Positions 53,668-63,603 of a DNA stretch of 64,000 nt are shown in pieces. The notes under the pieces are model-generated. The model had not been told where the DNA came from. It did no database searches and saw only the letters and a program-made list of their open reading frames with translations. Within the stretch, counting starts at the first letter, position 1. Each line of letters opens with the position of its first letter. Made by a program: the position numbers and the translations under genes. The stretch covers positions 576,001 through 640,000 of the forward strand of contig CAXVYR010000004.1 in NCBI GenBank assembly GCA_963666975.2. The letters are read 5' to 3'. Origin of the DNA: Terriglobia bacterium (GTDB taxonomy: Bacteria > Acidobacteriota > Terriglobia > 2-12-FULL-54-10).

Positions 53668-54714
53668 ATGAAGACTCCGGGATGGATTCTGGCAATCGTT
53701 CTGGCGCTGGGAGCGCTGACCGCAGGCCTCTGGCTGCTGCGGGGGCAGCCCGTGACAGCGCAAAAGCAGCCAGCTCGCTCGGCGGTCGACGCCGTGCAGA
53801 ACCAGCACGCGCGGCATTTGCCGCCTACAAAAGGTAGCGGGCTCTACCAGTACCAATCCCCTGCCTCGCGAAGGTTCGACCCCAGCCAAGTCTATGACCC
53901 GACGCCCCCTCCCCCGGGTCCGGCCCCGAACGGGGTGCGCGAGTACACGCTGGTGATCGAGGAGGACGTGCCGCACGAAGTAGCGTCGGGGGTGACGGTG
54001 CCGGCGTGGACGTTTAATCGCACTGTACCCGGGCCAGTGTTGCGCGCGACGGAAGGCGAACTGGTGCGCATCACGTTGGTGAACAAGGGGAAGTTGCCGC
54101 ACACGATTCATTTCCACGGCATTCACCCCGCCAACATGGACGGCGTCTCTGAACTGGTGGCGCCGGGGGAAACTTTTACCTATGAGTTTATCGCACAGCC
54201 CTACGGCATCATGCCCTACCACTGCCACTCCATGCCCACCTCCCAGCACATTCACAACGGTTTGTATGGAATGATGATCTTCGACCCCAAAGAGGGCCGC
54301 CAGCCGATGCGCGAGCTGGCGATGGTGATGAGCGCGTTCGACCTGGACCGCGATGGTGAAGCGGAGTTTTATTCCTGGAACGGCCGGGCTTTTCAGTATG
54401 CTGACAATCCCATTCCTCTCAAACGAGGGGAACCGGTGCGGATGTACGTGATGAACATTTTTGAAGAGGCGATGGTGCCGCATCTGCACGGGAATCTCTA
54501 CCAATTCTATCCTTCCGGCACAACGCTGACACCCACCGAATACACCGACGTCAAGACCCTGAGCATTGCCGAGCGGGGGATTCTGGAATTTCAGTACGAC
54601 TACCCCGGAACCTATATGTTCCAGTGCCACGTCACCGAGCACATGGAGCAAGGCCTGATGGGCTGGTTCAATGTGGTGGAGAATGTAGAAATAGCACAAC
54701 GCCGGGGCGACTAG
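53668..54714 (+). CDS. Exported/membrane-anchored two-domain multicopper oxidase
   Basis: N-terminal hydrophobic segment; WTFNRTVPGPVLR, HTIHFHG, YHCH..H.HNGLYG, PHLHG, MFQCHVTEH. Confidence 0.9.
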   Translation: MKTPGWILAIVLALGALTAGLWLLRGQPVTAQKQPARSAVDAVQNQHARHLPPTKGSGLYQYQSPASRRFDPSQVYDPTPPPPGPAPNGVREYTLVIEEDVPHEVASGVTVPAWTFNRTVPGPVLRATEGELVRITLVNKGKLPHTIHFHGIHPANMDGVSELVAPGETFTYEFIAQPYGIMPYHCHSMPTSQHIHNGLYGMMIFDPKEGRQPMRELAMVMSAFDLDRDGEAEFYSWNGRAFQYADNPIPLKRGEPVRMYVMNIFEEAMVPHLHGNLYQFYPSGTTLTPTEYTDVKTLSIAERGILEFQYDYPGTYMFQCHVTEHMEQGLMGWFNVVENVEIAQRRGD

Positions 54715-54719
54715 GCAAG

Positions 54720-55931
54720 ATGGCAGAACCAGGAAGCAGTGCCGCCAGAAAGTCGTCGCGCGCGGTCGTCCTCGCCAGCGCGCTCTTGCCCGTCTTATTG
54801 CTGGCTGGAATTCTGTATTCGTTTCTCGTTCGGGGCACGGGACTCAACCTGGCCGCCCCGGCTCCCATTGAAAACTTGGAGTTTGAACGTCTGGTGCTGC
54901 GCCCAGGGGAAATCCGCGCGCATGTGATCAACACCGGACCGGAGCCGGTGACGATTGCACAGGTGCAAGTGGGTTTCTTAAACCGCGCCAGCTGGGAGTT
55001 CGAGGTTACCCCGGACCCCACGATTGCGCGACTGGGCCGGGCAGTGGTGAGCATCCCCTACCCATGGACGCCCGGCGAGCCTTACGAGATTGTTCTCATC
55101 ACCGCCAATAGCCTGATCTTTACCCACGAGATCGAGGTTGCCGCCGAGACGCCCATCGCCGACCCGGCCATGCTGGGCCGCTTCGCCTTGCTAGGCGTCT
55201 ACGTGGGCGTCCTCCCCGTGTTTCTGGGCATTGGCTGGCTGCCGTTTTTGCGGGCGCTCTCACGGCGCTGGCACTTCTTTTTCCTCAGCCTGACAGCGGG
55301 GCTGCTGGTTTTCCTCGGTGTGGACGCGCTCGAAGAGGCGCTGGAGAACGCCGGGCAAGTTCCCGGGCCTTATCAGGGTGTGGCAGTGATCCTGATCGGA
55401 GTGAGCTTGAGCCTGGCCGGGCTTTACGCCGTAACGGGTTGGCTGAAGCAACGGCAGCCGTCAGCAGAGTTGGGCGCCGGTTTGTTGCTGGCCTACACCA
55501 TTGCCTTCGGTATCGGCGTGCACAACCTGGGCGAAGGGTTAGCGATTGGTGGGGCCTACGCCCTGGGCGCTGTGCCCACGGGCACAATGCTGGTTCTCGG
55601 ATTCACACTGCACAACCTGACCGAGGGTGTGGCTGTGGTGGCGCCCGTGATGCGGACCCATTTCCGCTGGTCACACCTGTTCTGGCTCGGGTTGCTGGCT
55701 GGCGCGCCCACCATTGCCGGCACGCTGCTGGGCGCATTCGCCTACACGGCGCTATGGGCCGTGCTCTTTCTGGCCGTAGGCGCCGGAGCAGTGTTCCAGG
55801 TGGTCATCGAAATCACCCGCCACCAGGTGCAGCAGGGCGGCGCCGCTTCGCTAGTCAGCGGCTTCAGCCTGGCCGGTTTTGCCTTCGGCCTGGCAGTGAT
55901 GTACGTCACCGGCCTCTTCGTGACCGTCTAA
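54720..55931 (+). CDS. ZIP-family metal transporter with N-terminal extracytoplasmic domain
   Basis: GIGVHNLGEGLAIG and GFTLHNLTEG ZIP signatures, multiple TMs; starts 5 bp after the oxidase stop. Confidence 0.9.
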   Translation: MAEPGSSAARKSSRAVVLASALLPVLLLAGILYSFLVRGTGLNLAAPAPIENLEFERLVLRPGEIRAHVINTGPEPVTIAQVQVGFLNRASWEFEVTPDPTIARLGRAVVSIPYPWTPGEPYEIVLITANSLIFTHEIEVAAETPIADPAMLGRFALLGVYVGVLPVFLGIGWLPFLRALSRRWHFFFLSLTAGLLVFLGVDALEEALENAGQVPGPYQGVAVILIGVSLSLAGLYAVTGWLKQRQPSAELGAGLLLAYTIAFGIGVHNLGEGLAIGGAYALGAVPTGTMLVLGFTLHNLTEGVAVVAPVMRTHFRWSHLFWLGLLAGAPTIAGTLLGAFAYTALWAVLFLAVGAGAVFQVVIEITRHQVQQGGAASLVSGFSLAGFAFGLAVMYVTGLFVTV

Positions 55932-55976
55932 CCTGGCGGTTGTCTCTTGGTTCGTGGACGTTTCAGCCAGCAAGCA

Positions 55977-56145
55977 CTAACTGAAATATCGCACGGTGGT
56001 CGCTACCAGAAACGTCACCAGAAAGGCAAAACCGAGGGGCATCAATGCCCCGATCATCGTCCACTTGCGGCTGCGGGTTTCTTTCCAGATCGTCAGGATG
56101 GTGGTGGCACAGGGGCTGTGCAGCAACGAGAACAGCATCAGGCTG
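55977..56145 (-). pseudogene. FeoB C-terminal remnant
   Basis: Manual translation [31 protein letters not shown]...VRYFS*, with the FeoB PC motif; no upstream coding sequence. Confidence 0.75.
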
Positions 56146-56222
56146 GAAAAATATTTGTATCTAAGTTAACATTATAATTTGATCTATCTAAAGATCATAT
56201 CCCCTGTCAAGGCGGGTTAAAG

Positions 56223-56882
56223 ATGGCGACGATTGCGTCGGAAAACCTGTTAAAAGCAATCTTGGAATTGAACGAGAACGGGGAAGAGGTGATTGCGGCG
56301 CGCCTGGCCGAGTTTCTCCGGATATCCTCTGCCGCCATCAGCATGGCCCTAAAACGTCTGCAGAAAAAGGGTCACGTGCGAATCTCTGAAAAGCGCTCGG
56401 TTCATTTGACTCCGGAAGGCTTCCGGACCGCCAGCGCCCTGGTGCGACGGCACCGGCTGGTCGAGCGATTGCTGACAGATATTCTCCACATGCCCTGGGA
56501 AAAAGTCCACGACGAGGCGGAAAAACTGGAACATGCCATTTCGCCGAAGTTGGAAAAGCGCCTGCTGGAGCTGTTTGGCGAGAGGGGAACCTGCCCTCAC
56601 GGAAGTCCCTTCACGCCTGCGCTGCCTTCCAAGCGGGGCCCGCGATGCTTCCCTTTGGCCGAAGCCTCGGAGCACACGCGGCTGCGGGTGGTGCGCATTG
56701 CTGAGATGCATGAAAAAGAAAAAGATTTTCTGGATTCTCTGGCGGCAGTTCGGCTGCTTCCCGGCAGCCATCTCACACTCCTGCGCAAGACGTTTGACGG
56801 AGTTTTGGAATTGCGCGTCGGAGACCGCAAGACGGCATTCTCAAACGAATCCGCATCCCGGATCTGGGTGGAAAACGCTTGA
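56223..56882 (+). CDS. DtxR/MntR family metal-dependent transcriptional regulator
   Basis: ENLLKAI HTH, RRHRLVER, VHDEAEKLEHAIS, CPHGSP, FeoA-like C-terminus. Confidence 0.95.
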   Translation: MATIASENLLKAILELNENGEEVIAARLAEFLRISSAAISMALKRLQKKGHVRISEKRSVHLTPEGFRTASALVRRHRLVERLLTDILHMPWEKVHDEAEKLEHAISPKLEKRLLELFGERGTCPHGSPFTPALPSKRGPRCFPLAEASEHTRLRVVRIAEMHEKEKDFLDSLAAVRLLPGSHLTLLRKTFDGVLELRVGDRKTAFSNESASRIWVENA

Positions 56883-56916
56883 CGGGCCGCAATTACCAAC
56901 CGGCTGGTGCAAACCC

Positions 56917-58368
56917 CTACAGGAACGGAGCCAGCAGAATGTGAATGACCGCGACCAGAATTGAGAACACGATCGTAGCGACCGCTCCGATCCGAATCAT
57001 GTTCTTCATGTCCACCTCGCCGGTGGCAAAGGCCGTACCCGCTGCCGCGCCCGCCCAAGGCACCATGATCCCCAAAGCCACGTTGGCAATCAGCATGCCG
57101 ATGGAGGCAGGATTAAAACCGATCTCTTGAGCTGCCGGGATCAAGATGTTCCCGAACAACACGGTGGTTGCCGTTCCGGAGATGAAGTTGGTGCTGAGGG
57201 CCACCAGGGGAGCAGAGGCAAACGGCAGGGAATAATATCCCAGGCCCAGCCCACCCACCAAGTTTCTGGCGAAATCTTGAAAGCCGAATTGGCTGAGAGC
57301 GCCGGTGATGGCTACCGCAGCGGTGCACAGGATCATGATCCCCCAAGGGGAGTGCTCCACTGCCTCGCGCCACGTCAAAACAAATTCACCCTTGCTCCAA
57401 TTCACGGGCGTTGAAAACAGAAGCAGCATGATTGTAGGCGGCACGACCCAAATGGAGAGCGCCGTGTCACCCCACTTCGCGAGCGCGTGGTCCGAACCCA
57501 ACGTCAAATCGATGAGAGTCGGCAGCGTAAACAGGAAGATCATGGCCAGGAAGACAAAAAGGGTGCCGCGCTCACCCGGGGTGAGGGGACCCAGCTTCTC
57601 TCGTTCTCCTCGGATAAAATCCTCACCGCCGGGAACTTGAGAAATCTCCGGCTTCAGAAACAGGCGCAGGATGAAATAAAACGCGACGAGCGTTACCAAA
57701 AAGATAGGTATGCCGCCTTTCATCCAGCCGAAAAAGCCGAAATCGCGTCCGGTGAACTTTGTTATCATTTCAACGGCCAGGGCATTGTGAGGAATTCCCA
57801 TGATGGTGGCTGTGCCGCCGGCTACCGCCCCGTACAGGGCCCCTAGCGCCAGGAAGGCTCCGAAATTGCTCTTTTTCGATCTGGAGATTCCCGTGACGGT
57901 CCGGACGAAGGAGACCAGCGATATCCCCACAGGAATCATCATGGCCACCGTAGCGGCGTCGGAAACCCACATGGAAAGGCACCCCGTCACCAGCATGAAA
58001 CCGAATGCCAGGCGATGGGTGCTGCCGTTCACCACTTTCAGAGACAAAAACCATAGAGCAAAGCGCTTGGCCAGCCCGTGGCGGTGCATGGCGTAGCCCA
58101 TCAGAACCGTTCCCATGATCCAGAAGAAGATGTTCTGCCCATAAAGGCTTACAGTGTTGCCGATGCTCATGAGCCCGAAGGCGGGGAACAGCAATAGAGG
58201 CAGCAAAGACGAAATACCCCAGGGGACCGGCTGGGTCATCCACCACATGATCACCCATCCGAAAATTGCCAGCGCCACGCGGAGTTCCGGCGACGGACCT
58301 TCATAGGGAAGGAGGTATAGAACAAGAAATGCGAGAGGGCCTGCGGCGAACTGCAGCAACAGCTTCAT
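56917..58368 (-). CDS. SLC13/DASS family carboxylate or sulfate transporter
   Basis: Many TMs; LSMWVSDAATVAMMIP, GGTATIMGIPHN, TNFISGTAT (SNT-like motifs are variant). Confidence 0.9.
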   Translation of the reverse strand: MKLLLQFAAGPLAFLVLYLLPYEGPSPELRVALAIFGWVIMWWMTQPVPWGISSLLPLLLFPAFGLMSIGNTVSLYGQNIFFWIMGTVLMGYAMHRHGLAKRFALWFLSLKVVNGSTHRLAFGFMLVTGCLSMWVSDAATVAMMIPVGISLVSFVRTVTGISRSKKSNFGAFLALGALYGAVAGGTATIMGIPHNALAVEMITKFTGRDFGFFGWMKGGIPIFLVTLVAFYFILRLFLKPEISQVPGGEDFIRGEREKLGPLTPGERGTLFVFLAMIFLFTLPTLIDLTLGSDHALAKWGDTALSIWVVPPTIMLLLFSTPVNWSKGEFVLTWREAVEHSPWGIMILCTAAVAITGALSQFGFQDFARNLVGGLGLGYYSLPFASAPLVALSTNFISGTATTVLFGNILIPAAQEIGFNPASIGMLIANVALGIMVPWAGAAAGTAFATGEVDMKNMIRIGAVATIVFSILVAVIHILLAPFL

Positions 58369-58634
58369 ACAACGCTCCCATCAGGCCTGACGCCGATGGG
58401 TGATCAGCGGCATCCGCCAGGATTCATGATTAAAGATAAGCGAGATGGCGCATTATAGACCGAAAAACGCGGAGAAGAAATGCCTATGCGCAGCGTATCT
58501 GTCCGGTGAGGAAGGCCAGCCTCCGTGTGAGGACACCTCTGCCTTGCCCGAAGGCATATGATAGGGAGAATAGTTTCTTGAAAGTGCCGTAAGCCAGCCA
58601 GTGGGGAGGGAGATCCAAAACCAGCAGCGCTCTG

Positions 58635-60548
58635 CTACTCCCCTCCCGCGTACCGGGATTCGAATACAAAATCCAGTTGGGGCCCGATGGGAGCCCTGCC
58701 CAGTTCCTGGGCAAACTCGCTGCGCAGAACCTGAATCTTGCCGCCGACAATCGTCATGAGTGGATTCGTGTCTTCCAGCTCTTCCACCGGAACGGTGAAA
58801 TAGTCCTTATTGAGCACCAGAATATCGGCGAATTTTCCCGGCTCCAGCGATCCCAGCACGTCTTCCTTGAGAACAAAACGCGCGGGCCAGGAGGTCATCA
58901 TCTTCATCAAAGTGATACGGTCAACGGCTTCTTCCGGGGCCACCAGAGCGCCGTACTCATTTTTCCGGGTCAGAAACGGCACCGCTGCGCCAAAATACGA
59001 GCGGCTGGTATTGCCCCTGACCCCGGCCTCGTTTTCCAAAACTACCATCACCCCGCCCTCGATCGCGCTGCGGACCGGAGCGATCCGGTCGATGTAATCC
59101 ATGGAATATCTCTGCAAGTGGGGATAGCTTCGGCTCAGCACATTCGCCCCGCAACTGATAATCATCCCGAATCGGGCCAGGCGAGGGATTTGCGCCTTGC
59201 GCGGATAGAATCCGCAATGATCCGAGGTCAGCCGCCGGGAACGGATATAATCCAGCGTGATCGCCGGATTGTCGCGCATGGCAGCATCCACGGCGTCCAT
59301 GAAATAATCCACTCCTTTATCCGCATAGGCATGCCCCACGGCCACTCGCTGGTAGTTGGCAATTGCCATTCGGGTGGTTTCGTAGTAAACCGTGCCCTCG
59401 GCATTGTCGCACCATTCCATTTCCTTCACTTCCCCCGGGGCCTCCATGGTGGAACAGAACCGGGGAGGGCCGGAATCGATGCTGGAGAGCCCCACAGCGG
59501 ATTGCCAGAGATAGTCGTTGCCCATGCCGGCCATGTCGCCCATCCGCCGGTAGAAGTTTTCCGCCTCGCCATAGCCGGCCTGGAAACCAAACCAGTGCGT
59601 GTAGGCAAAACGGATCGGCATACGATTTTGCCGGGCCAATAAGTTGAAGGCATCCAGGAAACGCAGGCCCATGATGTGTGACGAGTAGGCGGTAATTCCC
59701 ACGGCGGCGTTTTTCAACAAGCCTTGCTCCACAAGGTCGGCCAGTTGCGGCACCCGCGTATGGAAGTACATATCGATGATCAACGCCCGCCGGTACTGCG
59801 CCGCCGTGCTGCGGACTCTTCCGGACTCATCGAGCCCGGCAGCCCTGGGATCGAATTTGGAGCCGTAGAGCTTTTCCATGCCCCGCATGGCCCCTGTGTT
59901 CATTACGTAGGAGGGATGAGAATAAAGCAGGACCGGGTGGTTCGGGGCCAGTTGGTCCAGCATCTGCATCGTGAACTTTTGCGAAGCCAGATACGCCACG
60001 CCCGGCGCTAATCCCGACCCGCCGCCTCCGGCGGCGCTGACAGTGATAAAGGCCCACCGGCCCGGAGCCGCATTACCGGCATGCTGCTCGACCGCCAGCC
60101 GTATCCCCTGCTCCATCTCCGCGTCCGTGTTGCCGGCTACACTGAATTGTTCCGCCAGTTCATCAATGACCTGGGGATTCTGGCCGACCCAATAGTTCAG
60201 TTCGTTGTTGTGGATATGCGTGTGGGCGTCGACGATGCCGGGCATCACCATCCTGCCGTTCACGTCGATCCGTTCGGTTTCCGGCCCGGCCATGCGCAGA
60301 ATCCGGGCATTGCTTCCCACCGCCTGGATTTTGCCGTCCCGGATCGCCACTGCCTCCGCCGTCGTTCCACGCGATGTGTTCAGGCCAAAGGAGGTGTCGT
60401 CCATCGTAACAACCTTGCCGTTGTGGATCAGCATATCGGGATAGGCCACAATCTCTTCCGGGACGGTAACCGTGTTCTGCGCACTTGCCACCCCGCAGAA
60501 AAGGAAAAAACTGATACAAAAACCCAAGCTAACCCTTAATTTTCCCAT
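58635..60548 (-). CDS. Secreted amidohydrolase_3 (YtcJ-like) family protein
   Basis: Signal-like MGKLRVSLGFCISFFLFCGVASA; PGIVDAHTH, VGHAYADKG, SDHCG, GSLEPGKFADI; start placed at 60548. Confidence 0.88.
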   Translation of the reverse strand: MGKLRVSLGFCISFFLFCGVASAQNTVTVPEEIVAYPDMLIHNGKVVTMDDTSFGLNTSRGTTAEAVAIRDGKIQAVGSNARILRMAGPETERIDVNGRMVMPGIVDAHTHIHNNELNYWVGQNPQVIDELAEQFSVAGNTDAEMEQGIRLAVEQHAGNAAPGRWAFITVSAAGGGGSGLAPGVAYLASQKFTMQMLDQLAPNHPVLLYSHPSYVMNTGAMRGMEKLYGSKFDPRAAGLDESGRVRSTAAQYRRALIIDMYFHTRVPQLADLVEQGLLKNAAVGITAYSSHIMGLRFLDAFNLLARQNRMPIRFAYTHWFGFQAGYGEAENFYRRMGDMAGMGNDYLWQSAVGLSSIDSGPPRFCSTMEAPGEVKEMEWCDNAEGTVYYETTRMAIANYQRVAVGHAYADKGVDYFMDAVDAAMRDNPAITLDYIRSRRLTSDHCGFYPRKAQIPRLARFGMIISCGANVLSRSYPHLQRYSMDYIDRIAPVRSAIEGGVMVVLENEAGVRGNTSRSYFGAAVPFLTRKNEYGALVAPEEAVDRITLMKMMTSWPARFVLKEDVLGSLEPGKFADILVLNKDYFTVPVEELEDTNPLMTIVGGKIQVLRSEFAQELGRAPIGPQLDFVFESRYAGGE

Positions 60549-60728
60549 TGGAGACGACCCCCTTAGTTTCGCTAAAGTTGCTAGTTTTGAAGTCGATGGT
60601 TTGGCCGCGGCGGCGCGGACCACCGTTCATTTGCATACCGATATCTTATCCTGTAACACGACTCCCCCGGAATGACCAAATTCGGACAACCTGCATGGCA
60701 ATCCGTTCCGGACGGCAATAGAGAGGAT

Positions 60729-61230
60729 TGACCTGCCCCCTTAAAACGGTCCAGTTGGTAAGTTTGAGTATAGGGTTTCGACTGGAGTTGGAAAGGGGGA
60801 AAGAATGCCGAAGAAGCGATACACCGCCGAACAAACCATCCGACATCTACGATAGGCGGAAGTGGAGATGGCTAAGGGCCAGACAACCGGAGAGGTCTGC
60901 CGGAAGTTGGGAATCACGGAGCAGAGTTTCAAGACGAGTTTCTGAATGGAGAGATATTCTACACCTTGCGGGAAGCGAAGGTGTTGATGGAGGGATGGCG
61001 ACGGGAGTATAACAAAGTTCACCCGCACAGCACGTTGGGTTACCGGCCGCCAGCCCCGGAAGCGATCTTGCCGTTACCGCCGGGTTGAAATCGCGTCCGC
61101 CGACAGAGCAAGAGGAATCTTTCTTGAAAGCTCAGGCACAATTCCGTCGGACGCTTACGAAAAAACGAAAAGCCGCCCTTCTTTGTAGACTCTAGATGTT
61201 GCAGCCTAGATAAGTATCGGGGACGGTACT
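60729..61230 (+). mobile_element. Internally deleted IS3-family element
   Basis: Left end TGACCTGCCCCC; OrfA start MPKKRYTAEQ (60805) joined to OrfB tail DEFLNGEIFYTLREAK..W..EYN..HPHSTLGYRPP; degenerate right end near 61206..61230. Confidence 0.85.
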
Positions 61231-61234
61231 AGTA

Positions 61235-63145
61235 TTATTTTAGAACCCATCCATCCGGGATCGGTTCTGGCCACGTGCTCGGGCCAGTCGGTTGCATACC
61301 GGTCTCTCTGGCCAGTGCCGCTCCCAAATGGATCGTCTTGCCCCCAACCACAGTCATCAACACAGCGACATTCGGAATGTCCGCCTCCGGAATCGTCAGG
61401 ACGTCCCGATCCAGCACGAGGAAATCAGCATACGCGCCCGGCACTAACATGCCTAACCGTTTCTCCCGCAGCAAGTAGTATCCGCCCCAGGTCGTCAGCG
61501 CCTTCAATTGGGCAATCCGGTCCGTCCTTTCACCCGCTCCGTACACCAATTTGTCGGCCGGATTGTACCGGGTCATCCCCTGCAAGATGAAGAAAAACAC
61601 CTTGTTCGGTAGCGGCCGGTCAATCTCAAACGAGTTCATGATCCCAGCCTCGTTCAAGCTCTTGCGGGGAACCACCCAGTTTGTGTATTCAATCCCATAT
61701 TGTTGCGCAATCTCCCAGGCTCCTCGGTAGTTCTCCCACAAGATGGTATTGAGCATGCTGACCATCATCCCCAGATTCTTGATGCGAGGAATCTGGCCGG
61801 GCCGGGGGGCACCCGCGCTGTGATCGAATGCATGCCGCATGGCACGAATCTCATCCAGCGTCATCCCAGCTTTCTTGCTTCCTTCTTCAATGGCGGCCAT
61901 GATATTGTCAATCCCTTTGTCCCCCCCTGTATGCATCGTGGCAATGCGGAGGCCGGCTTCGGCGGTCCTCATAAGCCTTCCATAATCATCCGTGCCGGGG
62001 TCATTGCTGCACGTTCCATCTCCTCTTCCTCTGCCTCCACCTCCGGGAGGAGCCCCCAATTTCTCAAGCCAATTGGGTATCTCCGGGACTGTCATGCAGC
62101 CGGGACCAGTAGCGGGGAAAGCTCCCACAAACCACAAGTAGTCTGATCCCATTCCCAGGAAGCCAGACAGATGTCGCAATGTAGCTAATTCCCATGCTCC
62201 CTCTCCAGTTATTTGGTGCTGCCATGAAAAACCAATCCGCGCCGGCATTTCACCATTTCGATCCATAAGGTTCATGGCTTGCAGGTTGGTGTAGGAATAA
62301 GGCGCGGAGCCATACGCCGTGATGCCGTACCTGGCCCACAACTCCAATTCTGCCTTCACGAGTTGCGCCAGCTCGGGCAATTTGCCCTTGAGCAATGCGT
62401 CGGAAGGACTGTTACGGCCCAGCCTGCCCGTTTGCACTTCCCGATCGCTGATGTCTTCAAACACACTGCGATATATTTCCACGCCCTTGGTGTTCATCTG
62501 GCAAGCGCTGGTAAAGCCGTTGCTGATGCAGACCGGGTTGTTGGGAGCCAATATATCCAAATATTCTTTCGTGATAGAATTGTTCCAGATTCTGGTGCTC
62601 ATGGGCCCTCTAAATTCTGCAGCGCGTTCGTAGTCCGGGCCCCAGTTGGGGATCACCCGAATCCATTGCCCCGGTTTCGCCTTGGATACCAACTCCTTCA
62701 TCGTGGTCTCAAACAGACTAAACTGTTCCTTCACCGGCCGGTTCGGCAGCCAGCGTGCGAGAATTTCATTGTCATTCGGGAAAACATGCCGAAAGGCACG
62801 AGGCTCCGTCCACATCCAATCTACCGGGTGCTCGTGGGTCATGATGAAGCTGGGCAACACCGTCCGCCCCCGCAGGTCAATCTGCCGGGTCTGTGGTCCC
62901 GCGAGAGATCGGATTTCCGCGTTGTTTCCTGTCTCAAAAACTTTCCCGTCCCGAATGGCCATTGCTTGCGCGATGGTCCCCACATTCGACGTAAACGAGG
63001 TATCGTCCATGCTGACGATCTTTCCGTTGTAAAGGATCATCTGCGGGTAACTGACCAGCTTCGCGGGTGCATTTACGTTCTGAGCCCACGCCGAAGCCGT
63101 GTACAGAAACACACTCAACATTATAGCCAGCAGCATTCTCTGCAT
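61235..63145 (-). CDS. Secreted amidohydrolase_3 (YtcJ-like) family protein
   Basis: Signal peptide MQRMLLAIMLSVFLYTASAWA; PSFIMTHEHP, TMHTGGD, RHAFDH, SFEIDRP; AGGAGG RBS. Confidence 0.9.
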   Translation of the reverse strand: MQRMLLAIMLSVFLYTASAWAQNVNAPAKLVSYPQMILYNGKIVSMDDTSFTSNVGTIAQAMAIRDGKVFETGNNAEIRSLAGPQTRQIDLRGRTVLPSFIMTHEHPVDWMWTEPRAFRHVFPNDNEILARWLPNRPVKEQFSLFETTMKELVSKAKPGQWIRVIPNWGPDYERAAEFRGPMSTRIWNNSITKEYLDILAPNNPVCISNGFTSACQMNTKGVEIYRSVFEDISDREVQTGRLGRNSPSDALLKGKLPELAQLVKAELELWARYGITAYGSAPYSYTNLQAMNLMDRNGEMPARIGFSWQHQITGEGAWELATLRHLSGFLGMGSDYLWFVGAFPATGPGCMTVPEIPNWLEKLGAPPGGGGRGRGDGTCSNDPGTDDYGRLMRTAEAGLRIATMHTGGDKGIDNIMAAIEEGSKKAGMTLDEIRAMRHAFDHSAGAPRPGQIPRIKNLGMMVSMLNTILWENYRGAWEIAQQYGIEYTNWVVPRKSLNEAGIMNSFEIDRPLPNKVFFFILQGMTRYNPADKLVYGAGERTDRIAQLKALTTWGGYYLLREKRLGMLVPGAYADFLVLDRDVLTIPEADIPNVAVLMTVVGGKTIHLGAALARETGMQPTGPSTWPEPIPDGWVLK

Positions 63146-63158
63146 TGCGTCCTCCTAG

Positions 63159-63603
63159 TCGGAATTTCCGTTTTGGCTCCCAACAGCCCTATAGTGTACA
63201 CACATGGATGGACTCCAGCGCACTATTTCTTCCTTGGCTGGGTCCCGGGGCTTGAAACAGGGGCCTAGCTGCGCCAACACGAGTCTCGAAACTGTTGACT
63301 GCGGCCTTCACATCCGGTTTTATCGGACACCCCTCTCTCCCTGGTGGCTCGGGATCGATTTTCCGGCTGCCACATCCTCCGCCTACCCGTCCGGCACCGG
63401 CAAGACAGCAATCCTTCGGACCATCACTCCGAAGAGCCGCCGGGTCAGATGACTCTCCGCCAACAAAAGCCAATAATAGCGGGCATGCTTCACCAGCCGT
63501 CCGCCGGTCTTCACCAACCGCTGCTGCAGGCTCGTCAGGGACCAGTTCCCGATTCTTTGCGGCAAAGCCAGTCGCCGCCAAAGGTTGCCCAGGTTATAGG
63601 CAA
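63159..63603 (-). mobile_element. IS1380-family remnant (transposase C-terminus and right end)
   Basis: AYNLGNLWRRLALP..IGNWSLTSLQQRLVKTGGRLVKHARYYWL; probable terminus ...CCAAAACGGAAATTCCG. Confidence 0.8.

Noticed and set aside
58484-58750. 88-aa ORF or riboswitch between the amidohydrolase and the DASS gene
   Set aside because: The ORF overlaps the amidohydrolase end out of frame with no motif; no riboswitch consensus recognised
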